A stretch of DNA of 64,000 nt from Elusimicrobiota bacterium (GCA_036574205.1 JAINCQ010000040.1:45428-109427), one strand, 5' to 3'. Counted from the first letter of the stretch, positions 17,824-28,923 are shown. Notes: generated by a model from the letters alone, not told the origin. Numbers and translations: made by a program.

Positions 17824-19556
17824 TTATTTTCTCAAATCTAAAAGAATATAAATAAAAATCTCTGAGAAATTATCTTTCCCAACACCATTATCTTTTATAT
17901 ATCTTAACATCTCATCCTTAATTTTTTTAAAAGAGCGAGTATCTTTTTCCGCTATTAGATAAATATATTCAAAATCATAAGGTTTTAAAAATTTATATTC
18001 GTTTCTTTTTAAAAATTCTTTATCAACAAGAGTTTTTTTCACAAAAACCATATTCTTTCTATCAAAATAAATCAACCCCCACTTATCAAAATTTATATTC
18101 TTAATAAAATATGGCCTTGCTACAAAATATTCTCTTTCATTATTGATAACTTTATACATTTCCTTTTTGACAGATGGAGGAATATGAAAATAAAGAAGGC
18201 CAAAGTTGTATTTTCTGTCATATTTTTCGAAATTATTTGAATTCTTAGTAGTTTCAATATATTCTTCAAGCATATTTGAAAATATATATCTTCCATCCAT
18301 AAATGTTTTATTATAGCCATACAATCCAAAAGCAAGACTGCCACCAGTATTCCATCCATTATAAAGCTTAAGAGATCCAAGATATTCTTTGTTTTTAACA
18401 ATAAAATTTATAGACGCATCGCTTACCCACTGATTGACATAAAAACCGTTTTCAATTAAAACTTTTATATTCTTTTCAAACTGATTAAACCCTTTAAATA
18501 AAATAAATGATACAAGCAAAATTGCCAAGATATTTTTTAGTGCTGATGAAGCAAAACCAAGAAAATACTTAATCCCCAAAAAAGATACAATAATAAAAGT
18601 ATAGATAGTTATCCTTTGATGCAAAAAACCTGAAATAACAAAATAAGCAATTAAAATAATTTCGGTAAAATTCAACCGTTTATTTTTAAAATTCCAGTAA
18701 ATGTAAGCGATAAGATTTACTCCAACTGAAATAATATATGTAATATAATTTTCCCGTTTTATATCCACAGGCATCCACTCATATATATATTTTTCAAAGA
18801 TTTTAACGCTTACAAGGTTTTCCAAAAAAACTAAATATATCTTTAACCCAAATGGATTTATTAAAGTGGCAAAAAAAGAAACAATAAAGAGCTGTAGATA
18901 GATGTCGTTCAGGTTAAACCACTTTCTTTTTTCAAATGATATAACTCTATTTATTAAACCTCCTATAAAAAAAACAGATATCAAAAACAATCCATATACA
19001 AAACCACTATGTACATTAGCCCATAAAGCAAAGATAATTACAAAATAAAAATAATATTTTTTCCTTTTTTCCATTCCAATCCCAAAATCTATCCTGTTTA
19101 AAAGCCGAAGTATTATAACAAAGAAAACAACAGAATAATTTTCGCTCTTAAAGTCAAGACTGTCTATTAAAATATATGAAAAAAGCGGGAAAAACCATAA
19201 TAAGTTTAAGGAAGGAAATTTCAAATCCTTCAATAATCCGCCAACCGCTAAAAATAGAACAAGCAAGGTTATTATTTTAAAAACATATATACCCCCATAT
19301 CCCCAAAAAAAGTAAAAAAGCCAGGATATCAAATTCACCGCCCAGCTATGACTTATCCACTGTTTATTTTCATTCGTCCAGCTTATAAAATCATAATTTG
19401 TTATACTCTTGTTTTCAAGGATATGTTTCCCATCTGCAAGATGCCATCCAAGATCGGCATTATATACAGGGAAAGATATAAAAAGAAAACTTATTACAAA
19501 TGCAAGTAAAAAATGAAGATAAAAATCTTGTTTTTTTTATCACTTAAAAAATCCAT
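17824..19556 (-). pseudogene. Polytopic membrane protein (DxxWHLxxG family, GT-C-like) with an apparent 1-nt frameshift near its 5' end
   Basis: Frame is open upstream of GTG 19338 (..FPVYNADLGWHLADGKHIL..DFISWT..WISHSW) but has no in-frame start; ATG 19556 is out of frame by one base; adding one base in the runs at 19531-38 or 19508-13 gives 577 aa; later LWANVHSG, ATLINPFG, FMDGR motifs. Confidence 0.7.
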
Positions 19557-19568
19557 ATATGAAATTTG

Positions 19569-19811
19569 CTATTTTCCTATAACTCCGACTGAATTATATT
19601 TTATCCGTTCAATTGACAAAGGACTTACTATAGAGGTTGCTGGAAGTACAATTTCGTTATTTTTGAAATACTTTTTCCTCAACTCCCAGTCGCCTATGAA
19701 AACTTTTCTTTGTGGTTCTGACAATTTTCTTTTAACAGCGTCTTTATCTAAAACATCAACTTCCTTTAAAATATTACAATATATTACCTCGGCTATATGC
19801 CTTATATCCAT
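19569..19811 (-). CDS. Small BMC-locus protein: encapsulation-peptide-like helix plus a small domain
   Basis: MDIRHIAEVIYCNILKEV amphipathic helix; KVFIGDWEL...IVLP..SIVSPLS pattern like the small N-terminal domain of BMC-associated RpiB/EutQ-type proteins; follows BMC-H. Confidence 0.5.
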   Translation of the reverse strand: MDIRHIAEVIYCNILKEVDVLDKDAVKRKLSEPQRKVFIGDWELRKKYFKNNEIVLPATSIVSPLSIERIKYNSVGVIGK

Positions 19812-19835
19812 AGAATAATCTTCAAAAATTCACAT

Positions 19836-20131
19836 TCAGACAACTTTAACTGAAATTCTCGAAAGATATTTTTCAAGATCCTCATGAGGTCTTGGGATCA
19901 GATGTATGCCAACACGCTCTCCAACTTTCTGAGCACTAGCGGCACCAGCTTCTACAGCCGATCTTACCGCTTTAACCTCCCCAACGCATAAAGTAGTTAC
20001 ATATCCAGACCCTATCTTCTCATATCCTATAAGTCTTACCTTATAAGCTTTAGCCATAGCGTCTGAAGTTTCTGTCATAGCTGTAAATCCTTTGTCTCTA
20101 CCATTGTAGGATCTTCTTTCATCTCTGCCAT
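19836..20131 (-). pseudogene. BMC-H shell hexamer (EutM/PduA/CcmK, PF00936) with an N-terminal frameshift
   Basis: GGAG RBS + ATG 20131 reads MAEMKEDPTMVETK; a 1-nt shift near 20091-93 joins it to GFTAM.E.SDAM.KA..V.LIGYEKIGSGYVT...GEV.AV..AVEAG...HLIPRPH (98 aa restored). Confidence 0.8.
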
Positions 20132-20150
20132 AATACTCCATAAATAATTA

Positions 20151-20924
20151 TCAATATTTTCCATCACCTGAAGCTTTAGCAGTAATTATAGCTACACTTG
20201 CGCTGGTTCCAAGTCTTGTTGCTCCAGCTTTAATCATCTCATAGGCAGTTTTTGCGTCTCTTATACCACCTGAAGCCTTCACACCCATTTCAGGACCTAC
20301 AACCTCTCTCATTAACTTAACATCTTCAACTGTAGCGCCAGCTGGAGCAAAACCAGTTGATGTCTTAACAAAATCAGCTTTTGCAAGTTTTGCTAATTTA
20401 CATGCTTTTATCTTTTCATCCCTTGTAAGATAAGCAGTTTCTATTATCACCTTCAAAATTTTGCCATAAGTTGCTTCTCTAACTGCTTTTATGTCCTCCA
20501 ATACAAGTGTATCATTTCCAGATTTTAAAGCTCCTATATTTATGACCATATCTATTTCATCAGCCCCATTAGCTATTCCATCCCGCGCTTCTATAGCTTT
20601 TACTATATGAGTAGTTGAACCAAGAGGAAAGCCTATAACCGTACATACTTTTACTTTGCTTCCTTTTAAAAGCTTTGAAGCAAGTGACACATAAACTGGG
20701 TTTACGCAAACAGATGCAAAACCATATTGCCTTGCTTCCTGACATAATTTTACTATCTCTTGCTCTGTAGCGTTGGCTTTTAAAAGAGTATGATCTATTA
20801 TACCAGCTAATTGAAGAGGGGCTTTATCGAGATTATTTTGTTCAGTTATATCATTATTCTGATTTTCAAGAGGATTTATTTTTACCATCTCATCAGCTAT
20901 TTTCTTTATTTCATCATCTTGCAT
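20151..20924 (-). CDS. deoC: Deoxyribose-phosphate aldolase with an N-terminal encapsulation-peptide-like extension
   Basis: [52 protein letters not shown]; ~35-aa extension [16 protein letters not shown] + N/Q linker. Confidence 0.96.
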   Translation of the reverse strand: MQDDEIKKIADEMVKINPLENQNNDITEQNNLDKAPLQLAGIIDHTLLKANATEQEIVKLCQEARQYGFASVCVNPVYVSLASKLLKGSKVKVCTVIGFPLGSTTHIVKAIEARDGIANGADEIDMVINIGALKSGNDTLVLEDIKAVREATYGKILKVIIETAYLTRDEKIKACKLAKLAKADFVKTSTGFAPAGATVEDVKLMREVVGPEMGVKASGGIRDAKTAYEMIKAGATRLGTSASVAIITAKASGDGKY

Positions 20925-20934
20925 ATCTTTCTCC

Positions 20935-20985
20935 TTAATTTACGAATCCTACACTATCTATTATAGCAAACAGTACGTTATTACT
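20935..20985 (-). pseudogene. Possible 3' remnant of a BMC-P (EutN/CcmL) gene
   Basis: Reads [20 protein letters not shown] with the TAA touching the deoC RBS; AIIDSV resembles the EutN/CcmL C-terminal (A/G)I(I/V)D motif; no start. Confidence 0.3.
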
Positions 20986-21059
20986 CTACTATATTACTAT
21001 ATGAATGATCATGCTATTTTTTTTAAAACAAAAAAGATTAAACCATAAAATAAACAATA

Positions 21060-23096
21060 CTAATAATCTCTTTCTTCATCAAATTTTCGCCAGGGCTTGA
21101 AGAATTCATCAATCTCTCTATCTATATTGTTTTTCCTGTAAGGATCGTTCATTTTCATTGTAACATAAAAGAAAAACTCATTTACATCTTTTCTATTTCT
21201 AAATAAAAATTTAGCCCTGAAATCATGAAACTCCTTGTTTATGATAAATGATTTTTCAAAAAACTTTACCCCCATATCTTTTGAAAAATCCACATAATAT
21301 CGCAGTGTAAATTCTCCATACCATCCTTTTTGTGGGGAAGGGTAATATCCAATAGTATTTGAAATTATAAATCGCTCTCTATTGCTTGCATAGTTAGCAA
21401 AACCAATATTAAGATAATTTTTATCATAATCTGAACTCAATTGAGTAATAAAACTTTTATTTCCTTTGTTTATATCGTAATCGTCTTTGAAATATATTTC
21501 ATAGTTGGAAAACTTTTTATAAAACTCAAAGGAAAATGGCGAAAACCTGTCCTTAAATTTAAGGTGATTGTTCCTTAAATCGTAATTGTTATTAAATCTA
21601 AAATATTTATCTATACTATTAAAAAGGTAAATACTAAGACTCAGATTACTTTTTTCAACCCCCTTATCAGCAGAGTCTTTATCTATAGAAATTTTATTTT
21701 CTTTAGACCTGAAAATTCCATTATATCCCAATTCATATGAGTTTGAAAGAGTTGAATATCTTAAACCTGAATTATAATAATATCTTGAAATCACAACATC
21801 GCTTAAGTTAGAAGATGTGGAAAATTTTATATTCCCTGAATAAGAAACCGAATTATAAAATGAAACCTTTTTAGAAATATTGAAACTATTTGACAGAGTA
21901 TAAACTCCGGATATTTTTTTGCGAAAAAATGTATTATCATATCTTGAATTTTCAACAGAAAGATAAAGAGAATGATTTATAGGAAGAAATTTTATTTTTT
22001 GAGTTATTGTTTGGTATTCAAGTTTTGGAGATATATTCGTTGCTTCAATAAATTCATAATCTCCATAACGTTTATATAACACTTTTGTATTTGCCCTTAA
22101 ATATGAAAAAGGCATCTTATAGGTTAAAGAAATATCCCATTGTTTGTCGTCAGATATGGCAAAAGGATTTGACCTGAAATAATTATTATTAAAATCGGGG
22201 GATGACATAAGTCTTATATAATTTTGTAGATAAAGCTCATTTCTGTCTTTTTCGTATATTTTTGTCCACATCCCACCATTTAAGCCCCATTGAATCTGTC
22301 CATCACCATATTCGTCTATTCTATAATATGAAACATCAAGTTTTATATTGTCTTTGTTATACTTGTACACCTCACCACCAAATCCCCATCCTCTTCTGGA
22401 AAAATAATCCACAAAGAGCTTGAACTTGGTATAACTTGAGAATTTATAAGTATAGTTGGACTTAATATAAAAACCGTTTCTTTTATCATACCCCGGGTAA
22501 AACTGACTTAAAACAGGCGTTCCTTTCCCAAGCGGTTTGTATATCAATGGGAAATATAAGATAGGAACTTTACCAATATAAAAAATATTATTATATGAAA
22601 GAAAATATTTTCCGGAAACAAAGCTTAATCTCTGTGAAGATATATGATAATGCGGAGGGTTCTTATCGCATGTAGTAAAAAAAGAGGATTTATAAATATA
22701 TTTATCCCCATTTATTTCTATTTTTTTTCCTTTCATTATAAATCGGTCATAACGTGAAATGCCTTTTTCAAAAACACCTTTGTTTTCCTTAAAATCATAT
22801 TCTCCTTTTTCAGCATTTATTATCATAGAAGATGTTTCCACAGTAAAAGAAGTCTTAAGAACAATACTTGAAGATGCTATATTGACTATTGCATTATCAC
22901 TTTTAATTTTCACTATAACTAAATTATCTTCGTTCAAATTATTTATAATAACATTTGTGGAAAGTTCTATTACTGATTTTATATCATCATAGAAAGCCCA
23001 TTCACTTTTAAACTCTATTTTTTTAAAAGATGATTCATCAAACTGATAAGAATAAGAGAATGAACAAAAAAAGAATAGAAAAGCGATTAATTTCAT
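21060..23096 (-). CDS. lptD: LPS-assembly protein LptD-like outer-membrane protein
   Basis: Signal peptide, beta-jellyroll-like N-terminus, FTTCD..PPHY, VPILYFP, PGYDKRNG, long aromatic beta-barrel region. Confidence 0.75.
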   Translation of the reverse strand: MKLIAFLFFFCSFSYSYQFDESSFKKIEFKSEWAFYDDIKSVIELSTNVIINNLNEDNLVIVKIKSDNAIVNIASSSIVLKTSFTVETSSMIINAEKGEYDFKENKGVFEKGISRYDRFIMKGKKIEINGDKYIYKSSFFTTCDKNPPHYHISSQRLSFVSGKYFLSYNNIFYIGKVPILYFPLIYKPLGKGTPVLSQFYPGYDKRNGFYIKSNYTYKFSSYTKFKLFVDYFSRRGWGFGGEVYKYNKDNIKLDVSYYRIDEYGDGQIQWGLNGGMWTKIYEKDRNELYLQNYIRLMSSPDFNNNYFRSNPFAISDDKQWDISLTYKMPFSYLRANTKVLYKRYGDYEFIEATNISPKLEYQTITQKIKFLPINHSLYLSVENSRYDNTFFRKKISGVYTLSNSFNISKKVSFYNSVSYSGNIKFSTSSNLSDVVISRYYYNSGLRYSTLSNSYELGYNGIFRSKENKISIDKDSADKGVEKSNLSLSIYLFNSIDKYFRFNNNYDLRNNHLKFKDRFSPFSFEFYKKFSNYEIYFKDDYDINKGNKSFITQLSSDYDKNYLNIGFANYASNRERFIISNTIGYYPSPQKGWYGEFTLRYYVDFSKDMGVKFFEKSFIINKEFHDFRAKFLFRNRKDVNEFFFYVTMKMNDPYRKNNIDREIDEFFKPWRKFDEERDY

Positions 23097-24031
23097 CTTT
23101 TTTCAAAAACAAAAGCTGCTGCCCCCATTACTCCAACATTATAATGACGAGAAACTATTATTTTTGAAAATTTTATCGGAGCTTTTATACCAAATTCGCA
23201 AAGCCTTTTTTTTACATATGGCATAAAGAATCTTGCCGCCCGTGAAACTCCACCGCATAAAACAACTCTATCCGGGTTAAAAGATAAAATCACATTCCCT
23301 ATCCCGGTACCAAGACTAACCCCATATTCACTCCATAATTTAAGAGCCACAGGATCGCCTTTTAAAGCAGCATTATACAGAAGTTTTGGAGATAATTCTT
23401 TTTCCTCCATAGAATATTTTTTAATATAATCAGACAAATTCTTAATTTTTTTAATGGCATTTTTTTTAAGAGAATATGTAGAACAATATGCTTCAAGACA
23501 ACCATAATTTCCACAGTTGCATTTCTCACCTCTATAATTGATAACCATATGGCCAAACTCTCCAGCGCTTGAGCTTGAACCACAATAAAGTTTACCATCC
23601 AATATTATTCCACCTCCAATTCCTGTTCCAAGCGTAAAAACTGCGACATTCTTAAATTTTCTTTTTAAGTCAAATATAAAGCATCCCCATGCTGCCATAT
23701 TGGCATCGTTTTGAACTATACACTTAAGATTAGAGAGATTCTCAATATCTTTTTTAATATACTTATTTTTCCAGCCACTTAAATTTGGAGCGTATCTCAA
23801 CACCCCGTTATTACTATCAACATCTCCGGCTATGGCAAAACAACACCCTGCTAGTTTCTGTTTATATTTTTTTCTCATATCAGAGATGATGTTAGAGATT
23901 TTTCTTATAAATAATCCATATCCTTTTTCAACATCGGTAGTAGTCTCAAATACTTCAAGGAGTTCCTTTTTTTCATTCATAGCCGCAACTTTTATATTTG
24001 TGCCTCCAACATCAATACCTAAAGATATCAT
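23093..24031 (-). CDS. ROK family sugar kinase (glucokinase-like)
   Basis: GIDVGGT, NDANMAA, TLGTGIGGG, GEFGH, CNCG..GCLEAY; no HTH. Confidence 0.93.
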   Translation of the reverse strand: MISLGIDVGGTNIKVAAMNEKKELLEVFETTTDVEKGYGLFIRKISNIISDMRKKYKQKLAGCCFAIAGDVDSNNGVLRYAPNLSGWKNKYIKKDIENLSNLKCIVQNDANMAAWGCFIFDLKRKFKNVAVFTLGTGIGGGIILDGKLYCGSSSSAGEFGHMVINYRGEKCNCGNYGCLEAYCSTYSLKKNAIKKIKNLSDYIKKYSMEEKELSPKLLYNAALKGDPVALKLWSEYGVSLGTGIGNVILSFNPDRVVLCGGVSRAARFFMPYVKKRLCEFGIKAPIKFSKIIVSRHYNVGVMGAAAFVFEKR

Positions 24032-25320
24032 AATTTCTCCTTTATAATCTTAATTGCATCAGAAGCAAGATAAAAAGAACCACAGACGCAAATATTATCA
24101 GAGACATCTAATGCCGCTTTTAAAGCCATTTCTATATCGGAGTTTACAGAGACATCAATCGAGGGATCTAATGAAGAAATTTTATTGGCTATAAAAACTG
24201 GATTAATTCTTTTATAATTATCTATATCAGAAATGAAAATATTTTTAAATATCCCTGCGTCAATTATTTTTTTAATAACAGACTCATAGTCTTTTGTAGA
24301 TAAAATAGAGAATATTAAAACAGGATCGGTTATTTTAAAAAATAGAACATTTTCTATAAAGATTGAAATAGCTTGAGGATTATGCGCTCCATCAAGAATA
24401 AAACGCTTTTTTACGCCATTTATATATTTTTCAATAATATCAAATCTGCAATTTATAGATATATTAGAGACAGCTGTTTTTAAAACTGCTTTATCAACTT
24501 TAACCCCAATCTCCTTAAGCCCGTCTAAAACCATTGAAAGATTTGCTGTCTGTTTGATCCCCATAATATTTATATCGCATTTTATCCCATCCTCGTCGCT
24601 TTCAATTGTCATAAGGCGATTTTTTATATCAAAATCAATAATCTTAAATCTATCGCGACTTACAACCATTTTTGCGTTTTCTATACTACATTTTTCCTGT
24701 ATTGCTTTTTTTGAATCATCATCTATATCACCAACTACACACACTGAATTTTTCTTTATAATCCCTGATTTTTGCCGTGCTATCTCAATTTTTTCTTTTC
24801 CAAGCATTTCAGTATGGTCAAGATCTATTGAGGTTATAAAACATAATCTGGAGTTTTCAATTACATTTGTGGTATCATAAATCCCGCCTATTCCAACCTC
24901 TATAACCGCATAATCCACTTTATCGGCGAAATATCTGAAAGCTATAAGTGTCATTATCTCAAAAAAACTTAAATCCCTTGAAATAGCATAAACATCCTCA
25001 AATATTTTTATAAATTCCACTTTTGTAATATTTTTACCATTTAACTGAATTCTTTCTGTAAGTGAGTTTATATGCGGAGAAACGTAAAGCGCCGTTCTAT
25101 AGCCAAGATTTCTCAATATAGATTCAGTTATATAAGCAACGGAGCCCTTCCCATTTGTACCAGTTATATGAATTACTTCTCCAATTCTTTTATGGGGATT
25201 TTCAAGTTTTTCAAGCACCTCTACAATATTCCCAAACCCGCTTTTTTTAATCTGGGAATGCTTTGTATATAAAAGATTTTCAATCTCAGCAAATCTAACA
25301 TCTATCTTTTCGTCTATCAT
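24028..25320 (-). CDS. folC: Folylpolyglutamate synthase/dihydrofolate synthase
   Basis: HITGTNGKGS, SPHI..ERI, EVGIGG..D.TN, DLDH...LG, LDGAHNP, CGSFYL. Confidence 0.93.
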   Translation of the reverse strand: MIDEKIDVRFAEIENLLYTKHSQIKKSGFGNIVEVLEKLENPHKRIGEVIHITGTNGKGSVAYITESILRNLGYRTALYVSPHINSLTERIQLNGKNITKVEFIKIFEDVYAISRDLSFFEIMTLIAFRYFADKVDYAVIEVGIGGIYDTTNVIENSRLCFITSIDLDHTEMLGKEKIEIARQKSGIIKKNSVCVVGDIDDDSKKAIQEKCSIENAKMVVSRDRFKIIDFDIKNRLMTIESDEDGIKCDINIMGIKQTANLSMVLDGLKEIGVKVDKAVLKTAVSNISINCRFDIIEKYINGVKKRFILDGAHNPQAISIFIENVLFFKITDPVLIFSILSTKDYESVIKKIIDAGIFKNIFISDIDNYKRINPVFIANKISSLDPSIDVSVNSDIEMALKAALDVSDNICVCGSFYLASDAIKIIKEKL

Positions 25321-26573
25321 TATTCTCCAACCCTCTTAATTTTAACACCCAATAAAGCCAGCTTGGATTCTATCCCTTCATATCCTCTATCTATGTGGTA
25401 GACCCTTCTAATTTTACTGATTCCCTCAGCTTTTGCTCCTGCTATAACAAGACCGGCTGCGGCTCTTAGATCGCTTGCCATAACCGTTGCCCCAATAAGA
25501 CTCTTTACTCCATTAACGAACGCAGTATTTCTTTTTATGGTTATATCAGCGCCCATTCTAACCATCTCAGGAACATGCATAAATCTATTTTCAAATATGC
25601 TTTCAACTATTTTTGAAGAGCCGCTGGCTACGCTCATATAAGCCATCCACTGAGCCTGTAAATCAGTCGGAAAACCAGGATAAGGAGCGGTAGTTATTGA
25701 GCAAGGTTTTATCCTGCCACTGGACTTTATATGGATATTCTCTTCACAAATTTTTATTTCTGCGCCAGTCTTTTTTAATTTTGATATTAAAGCAGTAAGA
25801 TGTGAGGGTTGACAGGATTTTAAAGTAAGCACTCCACCACAGGTCGCACATAATAAAAGAAACGTCCCGGCTTCAATTCTATCAGGTATAACGCTATGAG
25901 AAAAACCAATAAGATTTTTTGTTCCTTTTATAACTATCTCAGAACTACCGTCTCCTGATATATCAGCTCCCATTTTTTTCAAAACAGCAGCAAGATCCGA
26001 TATCTCAGGTTCTTTAGCAGCATTTCTTATAACAGTTTTACCATCTATTAATGAAGCTGCCATCATTAAATTTTCAGTTGCTCCAACGCTTGGAAATTTA
26101 AGATAAATATTAGCTGGTTTCAATTTTTTTGCTTTGAGAATAACATATCCACCATCTAAAACTACATTTGCTCCCATTTTTTTAAAACCCTCTAAATGTA
26201 TATCTATTGGCCTTACACCTATAGCACACCCGCCGGGCATAGAAAATTTAGCATAACCAAATCTTGCCAGCATTGGACCTGAAACCAGAACAGATGCTCT
26301 CATCTTCCTAACAAGATCATAAGGAGCTTCTGTTTTTATTTTGCTATTTTCAATTACCTTAAAACGATTATTTTCAAAAAAACACGTCTTTCCCGAATAT
26401 GACAAAAGTTCATAAGTAGTTTTTATATCCATAAGCTGTGGAACATTTTCCAGCTTACACTCATCCCCGGTTAATATCGTTGCAAAGAGGATAGCAAGAG
26501 CAGAATTTTTTGAACCACTTATGTTAATTTCGCCTTTTATTTTAGATGGCCCCTCTATTATAAAACTATCCAT
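25320..26573 (-). CDS. murA: UDP-N-acetylglucosamine 1-carboxyvinyltransferase
   Basis: SGSKNS, MRAS, PGGCAIG.RPID.H, SVGATEN, PDRIEAGT, PGFPTDLQ, IDRGYE. Confidence 0.98.
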   Translation of the reverse strand: MDSFIIEGPSKIKGEINISGSKNSALAILFATILTGDECKLENVPQLMDIKTTYELLSYSGKTCFFENNRFKVIENSKIKTEAPYDLVRKMRASVLVSGPMLARFGYAKFSMPGGCAIGVRPIDIHLEGFKKMGANVVLDGGYVILKAKKLKPANIYLKFPSVGATENLMMAASLIDGKTVIRNAAKEPEISDLAAVLKKMGADISGDGSSEIVIKGTKNLIGFSHSVIPDRIEAGTFLLLCATCGGVLTLKSCQPSHLTALISKLKKTGAEIKICEENIHIKSSGRIKPCSITTAPYPGFPTDLQAQWMAYMSVASGSSKIVESIFENRFMHVPEMVRMGADITIKRNTAFVNGVKSLIGATVMASDLRAAAGLVIAGAKAEGISKIRRVYHIDRGYEGIESKLALLGVKIKRVGE

Positions 26574-27405
26574 TATATACCGCCTTAATATACCTATCCT
26601 TATTGTTATAATCCTTTATAATTTGAAACTCTTTTATAAATGGCAATTTGAATATTTTTATCAACTTATCAGAATAATATTCTCCTACTTCAACAAATAA
26701 TACCCCACCTTTTTTTAAAACATCTTTTGCATTAATAGCTAAATGTTTTATCATCAAAAGCCCGTCATTGCCAGAAATAAGGGCTGATTTTGGTTCAATT
26801 TTGACATCGTCTGGAAGAGAATCATACATATAAGAAGGCACATATGGAGGATTTGAAACTATTATATCAAATTTTCTTGTAAAATAATTTAACTTATCAG
26901 AATTAACACAAAAATAATTTTGTAGTTTCATCTTTTTCTTATTTTCAATTGCTATTCTATAAGATTTTTTTAATTTTTCTATAGCAAAAACATTCGCGTT
27001 TTGGTTTTTAAAAGCTATATAAAGCCCTATTGCTCCGCTACCAGAACAAAAATCAAGTATAATAGGTTTTTCTATTTTAAAGCTATATTCCAATACCATC
27101 TGAGCAAGATCTTCGGTTTCAGGCCTTGGGACAAAAACGCCTGTGTCTATTATAATTTCCATTCCACAAAAATTATGTTTCTTGAAAATCCAGCTTAAAG
27201 GTATTTTTTTAGCTCTTTTTTTAGCAAACTCATATGTTTTTTTGATATTAGAATCAGAGACTATTTTGTCTGGAAAAGCCAGAACATCAAGCCTTTTTAT
27301 TCCTAAAGCTTCTGAGATTATATATTCCACCTCAGCATCACAAAAACCATCACAATTTTTTTTAAAGAAACAACTCAAATTATTATAAAGTTCTCTAATC
27401 GTCAT
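26566..27405 (-). CDS. prmC: Release factor glutamine methyltransferase
   Basis: [25 protein letters not shown]; follows prfA; start ATG 27405. Confidence 0.93.
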   Translation of the reverse strand: MTIRELYNNLSCFFKKNCDGFCDAEVEYIISEALGIKRLDVLAFPDKIVSDSNIKKTYEFAKKRAKKIPLSWIFKKHNFCGMEIIIDTGVFVPRPETEDLAQMVLEYSFKIEKPIILDFCSGSGAIGLYIAFKNQNANVFAIEKLKKSYRIAIENKKKMKLQNYFCVNSDKLNYFTRKFDIIVSNPPYVPSYMYDSLPDDVKIEPKSALISGNDGLLMIKHLAINAKDVLKKGGVLFVEVGEYYSDKLIKIFKLPFIKEFQIIKDYNNKDRYIKAVYNG

Positions 27406-28447
27406 TTTCACCCATCGCAAGTTGTATGTCTTCAAACATCTTTTTCATATCCCCTTCCATTATCTCATCTATATTAAACCATGACATATTAACTCTGTGA
27501 TCAGTGACTCTATTTTGTGGAAAATTATATGTCCTTATTTTTTCAGACCTATCGCCGCTACCAACCTGTTTCTTTCTTTGCCTTACAATTTCATTATTAG
27601 TATTTTGCTCATTTATCTCGTTAAGCTTGGCATAAAGTAAATTTAAAGCCCTTTCGCGGTTTTGCGCTTGAGAACGTTCTTTTTGACATTGAACCACTAT
27701 TTGTGTGGGGATATGAGTTATTCTAACTGCTGTCTCAACCTTGTTTACATTCTGTCCACCATGTCCGCCAGCACGATATGTATCTATTTTTAATTCAGAT
27801 GGATCAATCTTCACTTCTTTAGCTTCTACTTCCGGGAGAACCGCAACTGTCACTGTTGATGTATGTATTCTTCCACCTGCTTCAGTCTGTGGAACTCTTT
27901 GAACCCGATGAACACCAGCCTCATACTTAAACCACCAATAAGGTTTATTACCTTTTATATAAATAACTGCTGTTTTAATGCCTTTTAAATCACTCAAAGA
28001 TATATCTTCTATCTCAACCTTCATACCCAGGTTTTGAGCAAATTTTGTATAAGCTCTTAAGAGCTCAGAAGCAAACAATGCGGCTTCTTCCCCCCCCACC
28101 CCTGCCCTTATCTCAAGATATATATTTTTCTCATCATTTTTATCTGGGGGTATAAAACTCAGCCTCAAAAGGTTGTAATATTCCTTTTCTTTTTTAAGCA
28201 AAGATTCAAGTTCAGCAGCAGCTATCTCAGACATTTCTTTATCACAACAGCCAACCATCTCTTTTACATGAAGGATATTTTCTTTGATTTTACAATAATT
28301 TTTATATAAGTCAAGAATTTGTTTTAACTGATGATATCTTTTAGAAAAAGTTTCATATTCCGAAGAAGATAAAGTAGAAGAAAGTCTTTCTTCAAGTTTT
28401 TTAAACTCTTCCTCTATAATCTTTATCTTTTCCTCTATCTGAACCAT
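27395..28447 (-). CDS. prfA: Peptide chain release factor 1
   Basis: [23 protein letters not shown] (PxT), [27 protein letters not shown]. Confidence 0.97.
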   Translation of the reverse strand: MVQIEEKIKIIEEEFKKLEERLSSTLSSSEYETFSKRYHQLKQILDLYKNYCKIKENILHVKEMVGCCDKEMSEIAAAELESLLKKEKEYYNLLRLSFIPPDKNDEKNIYLEIRAGVGGEEAALFASELLRAYTKFAQNLGMKVEIEDISLSDLKGIKTAVIYIKGNKPYWWFKYEAGVHRVQRVPQTEAGGRIHTSTVTVAVLPEVEAKEVKIDPSELKIDTYRAGGHGGQNVNKVETAVRITHIPTQIVVQCQKERSQAQNRERALNLLYAKLNEINEQNTNNEIVRQRKKQVGSGDRSEKIRTYNFPQNRVTDHRVNMSWFNIDEIMEGDMKKMFEDIQLAMGENDD

Positions 28448-28487
28448 AAAACAAAAAAGGCCAGACACTCAAAAATGCCCGGCCTTT
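28448..28487 (-). terminator. Intrinsic terminator after rpmE
   Basis: Sense strand AAAGGCCGGGCA-loop-TGTCTGGCCTTT followed by TTTGTTTT. Confidence 0.7.
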
Positions 28488-28499
28488 AAAAAAGTCTAA

Positions 28500-28835
28500 C
28501 TATTTTGTTTTTTTCTTGGTATCCTGTTTTTCAATTTTTTTGGTGATCTTCTTTGCAACTCCTGTTGGGGTTGATTTCCTATGAGCAGGAGTAACTTTTG
28601 GAATTTTGGCTTTAACTGTCTTCTTTTCTATTTTTTTGACAGAAGAATATTTCTTATTAAACTTCTCTACCCTTCCTTCTGTATCCAATATTTTATGTTT
28701 TCCAGTATAAAAAGGATGGCAATTTGAGCATATTTCCACTTTTATAGATCCTTTTGTTGATCTTGTTGTAAAAGAGTTTCCGCAAGCACAAACAACTTCA
28801 CATAACTCATATTTAGGATGAATATTTTCTTTCAT
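28500..28835 (-). CDS. rpmE: 50S ribosomal protein L31 (Zn-binding type) with a Lys-rich C-terminal tail
   Basis: [32 protein letters not shown] 28835 with GAGG RBS. Confidence 0.97.
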   Translation of the reverse strand: MKENIHPKYELCEVVCACGNSFTTRSTKGSIKVEICSNCHPFYTGKHKILDTEGRVEKFNKKYSSVKKIEKKTVKAKIPKVTPAHRKSTPTGVAKKITKKIEKQDTKKKTK

Positions 28836-28923
28836 AAATACCTCTCTTTGAAATAAAAGCATTAGTTTATAACTTTTTGCCTCATTATATTTTAGCATAT
28901 TATTAATTGGTATAATTATACTG

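Noticed and set aside
19513..19818. 101-aa + strand ORF
   Set aside because: Antisense shadow of the 80-aa BMC-locus gene; no RBS or motif.
19836..20141. 101-aa ORF as an intact BMC-H starting MEYYGRDERRS
   Set aside because: That N-terminus does not resemble the BMC fold; the RBS-backed ATG 20131 in another frame gives the expected MVETK, so a frameshift is more likely.
28500..28640. Lys-rich C-terminal tail of L31
   Set aside because: Such extensions are common in L31 from many phyla.
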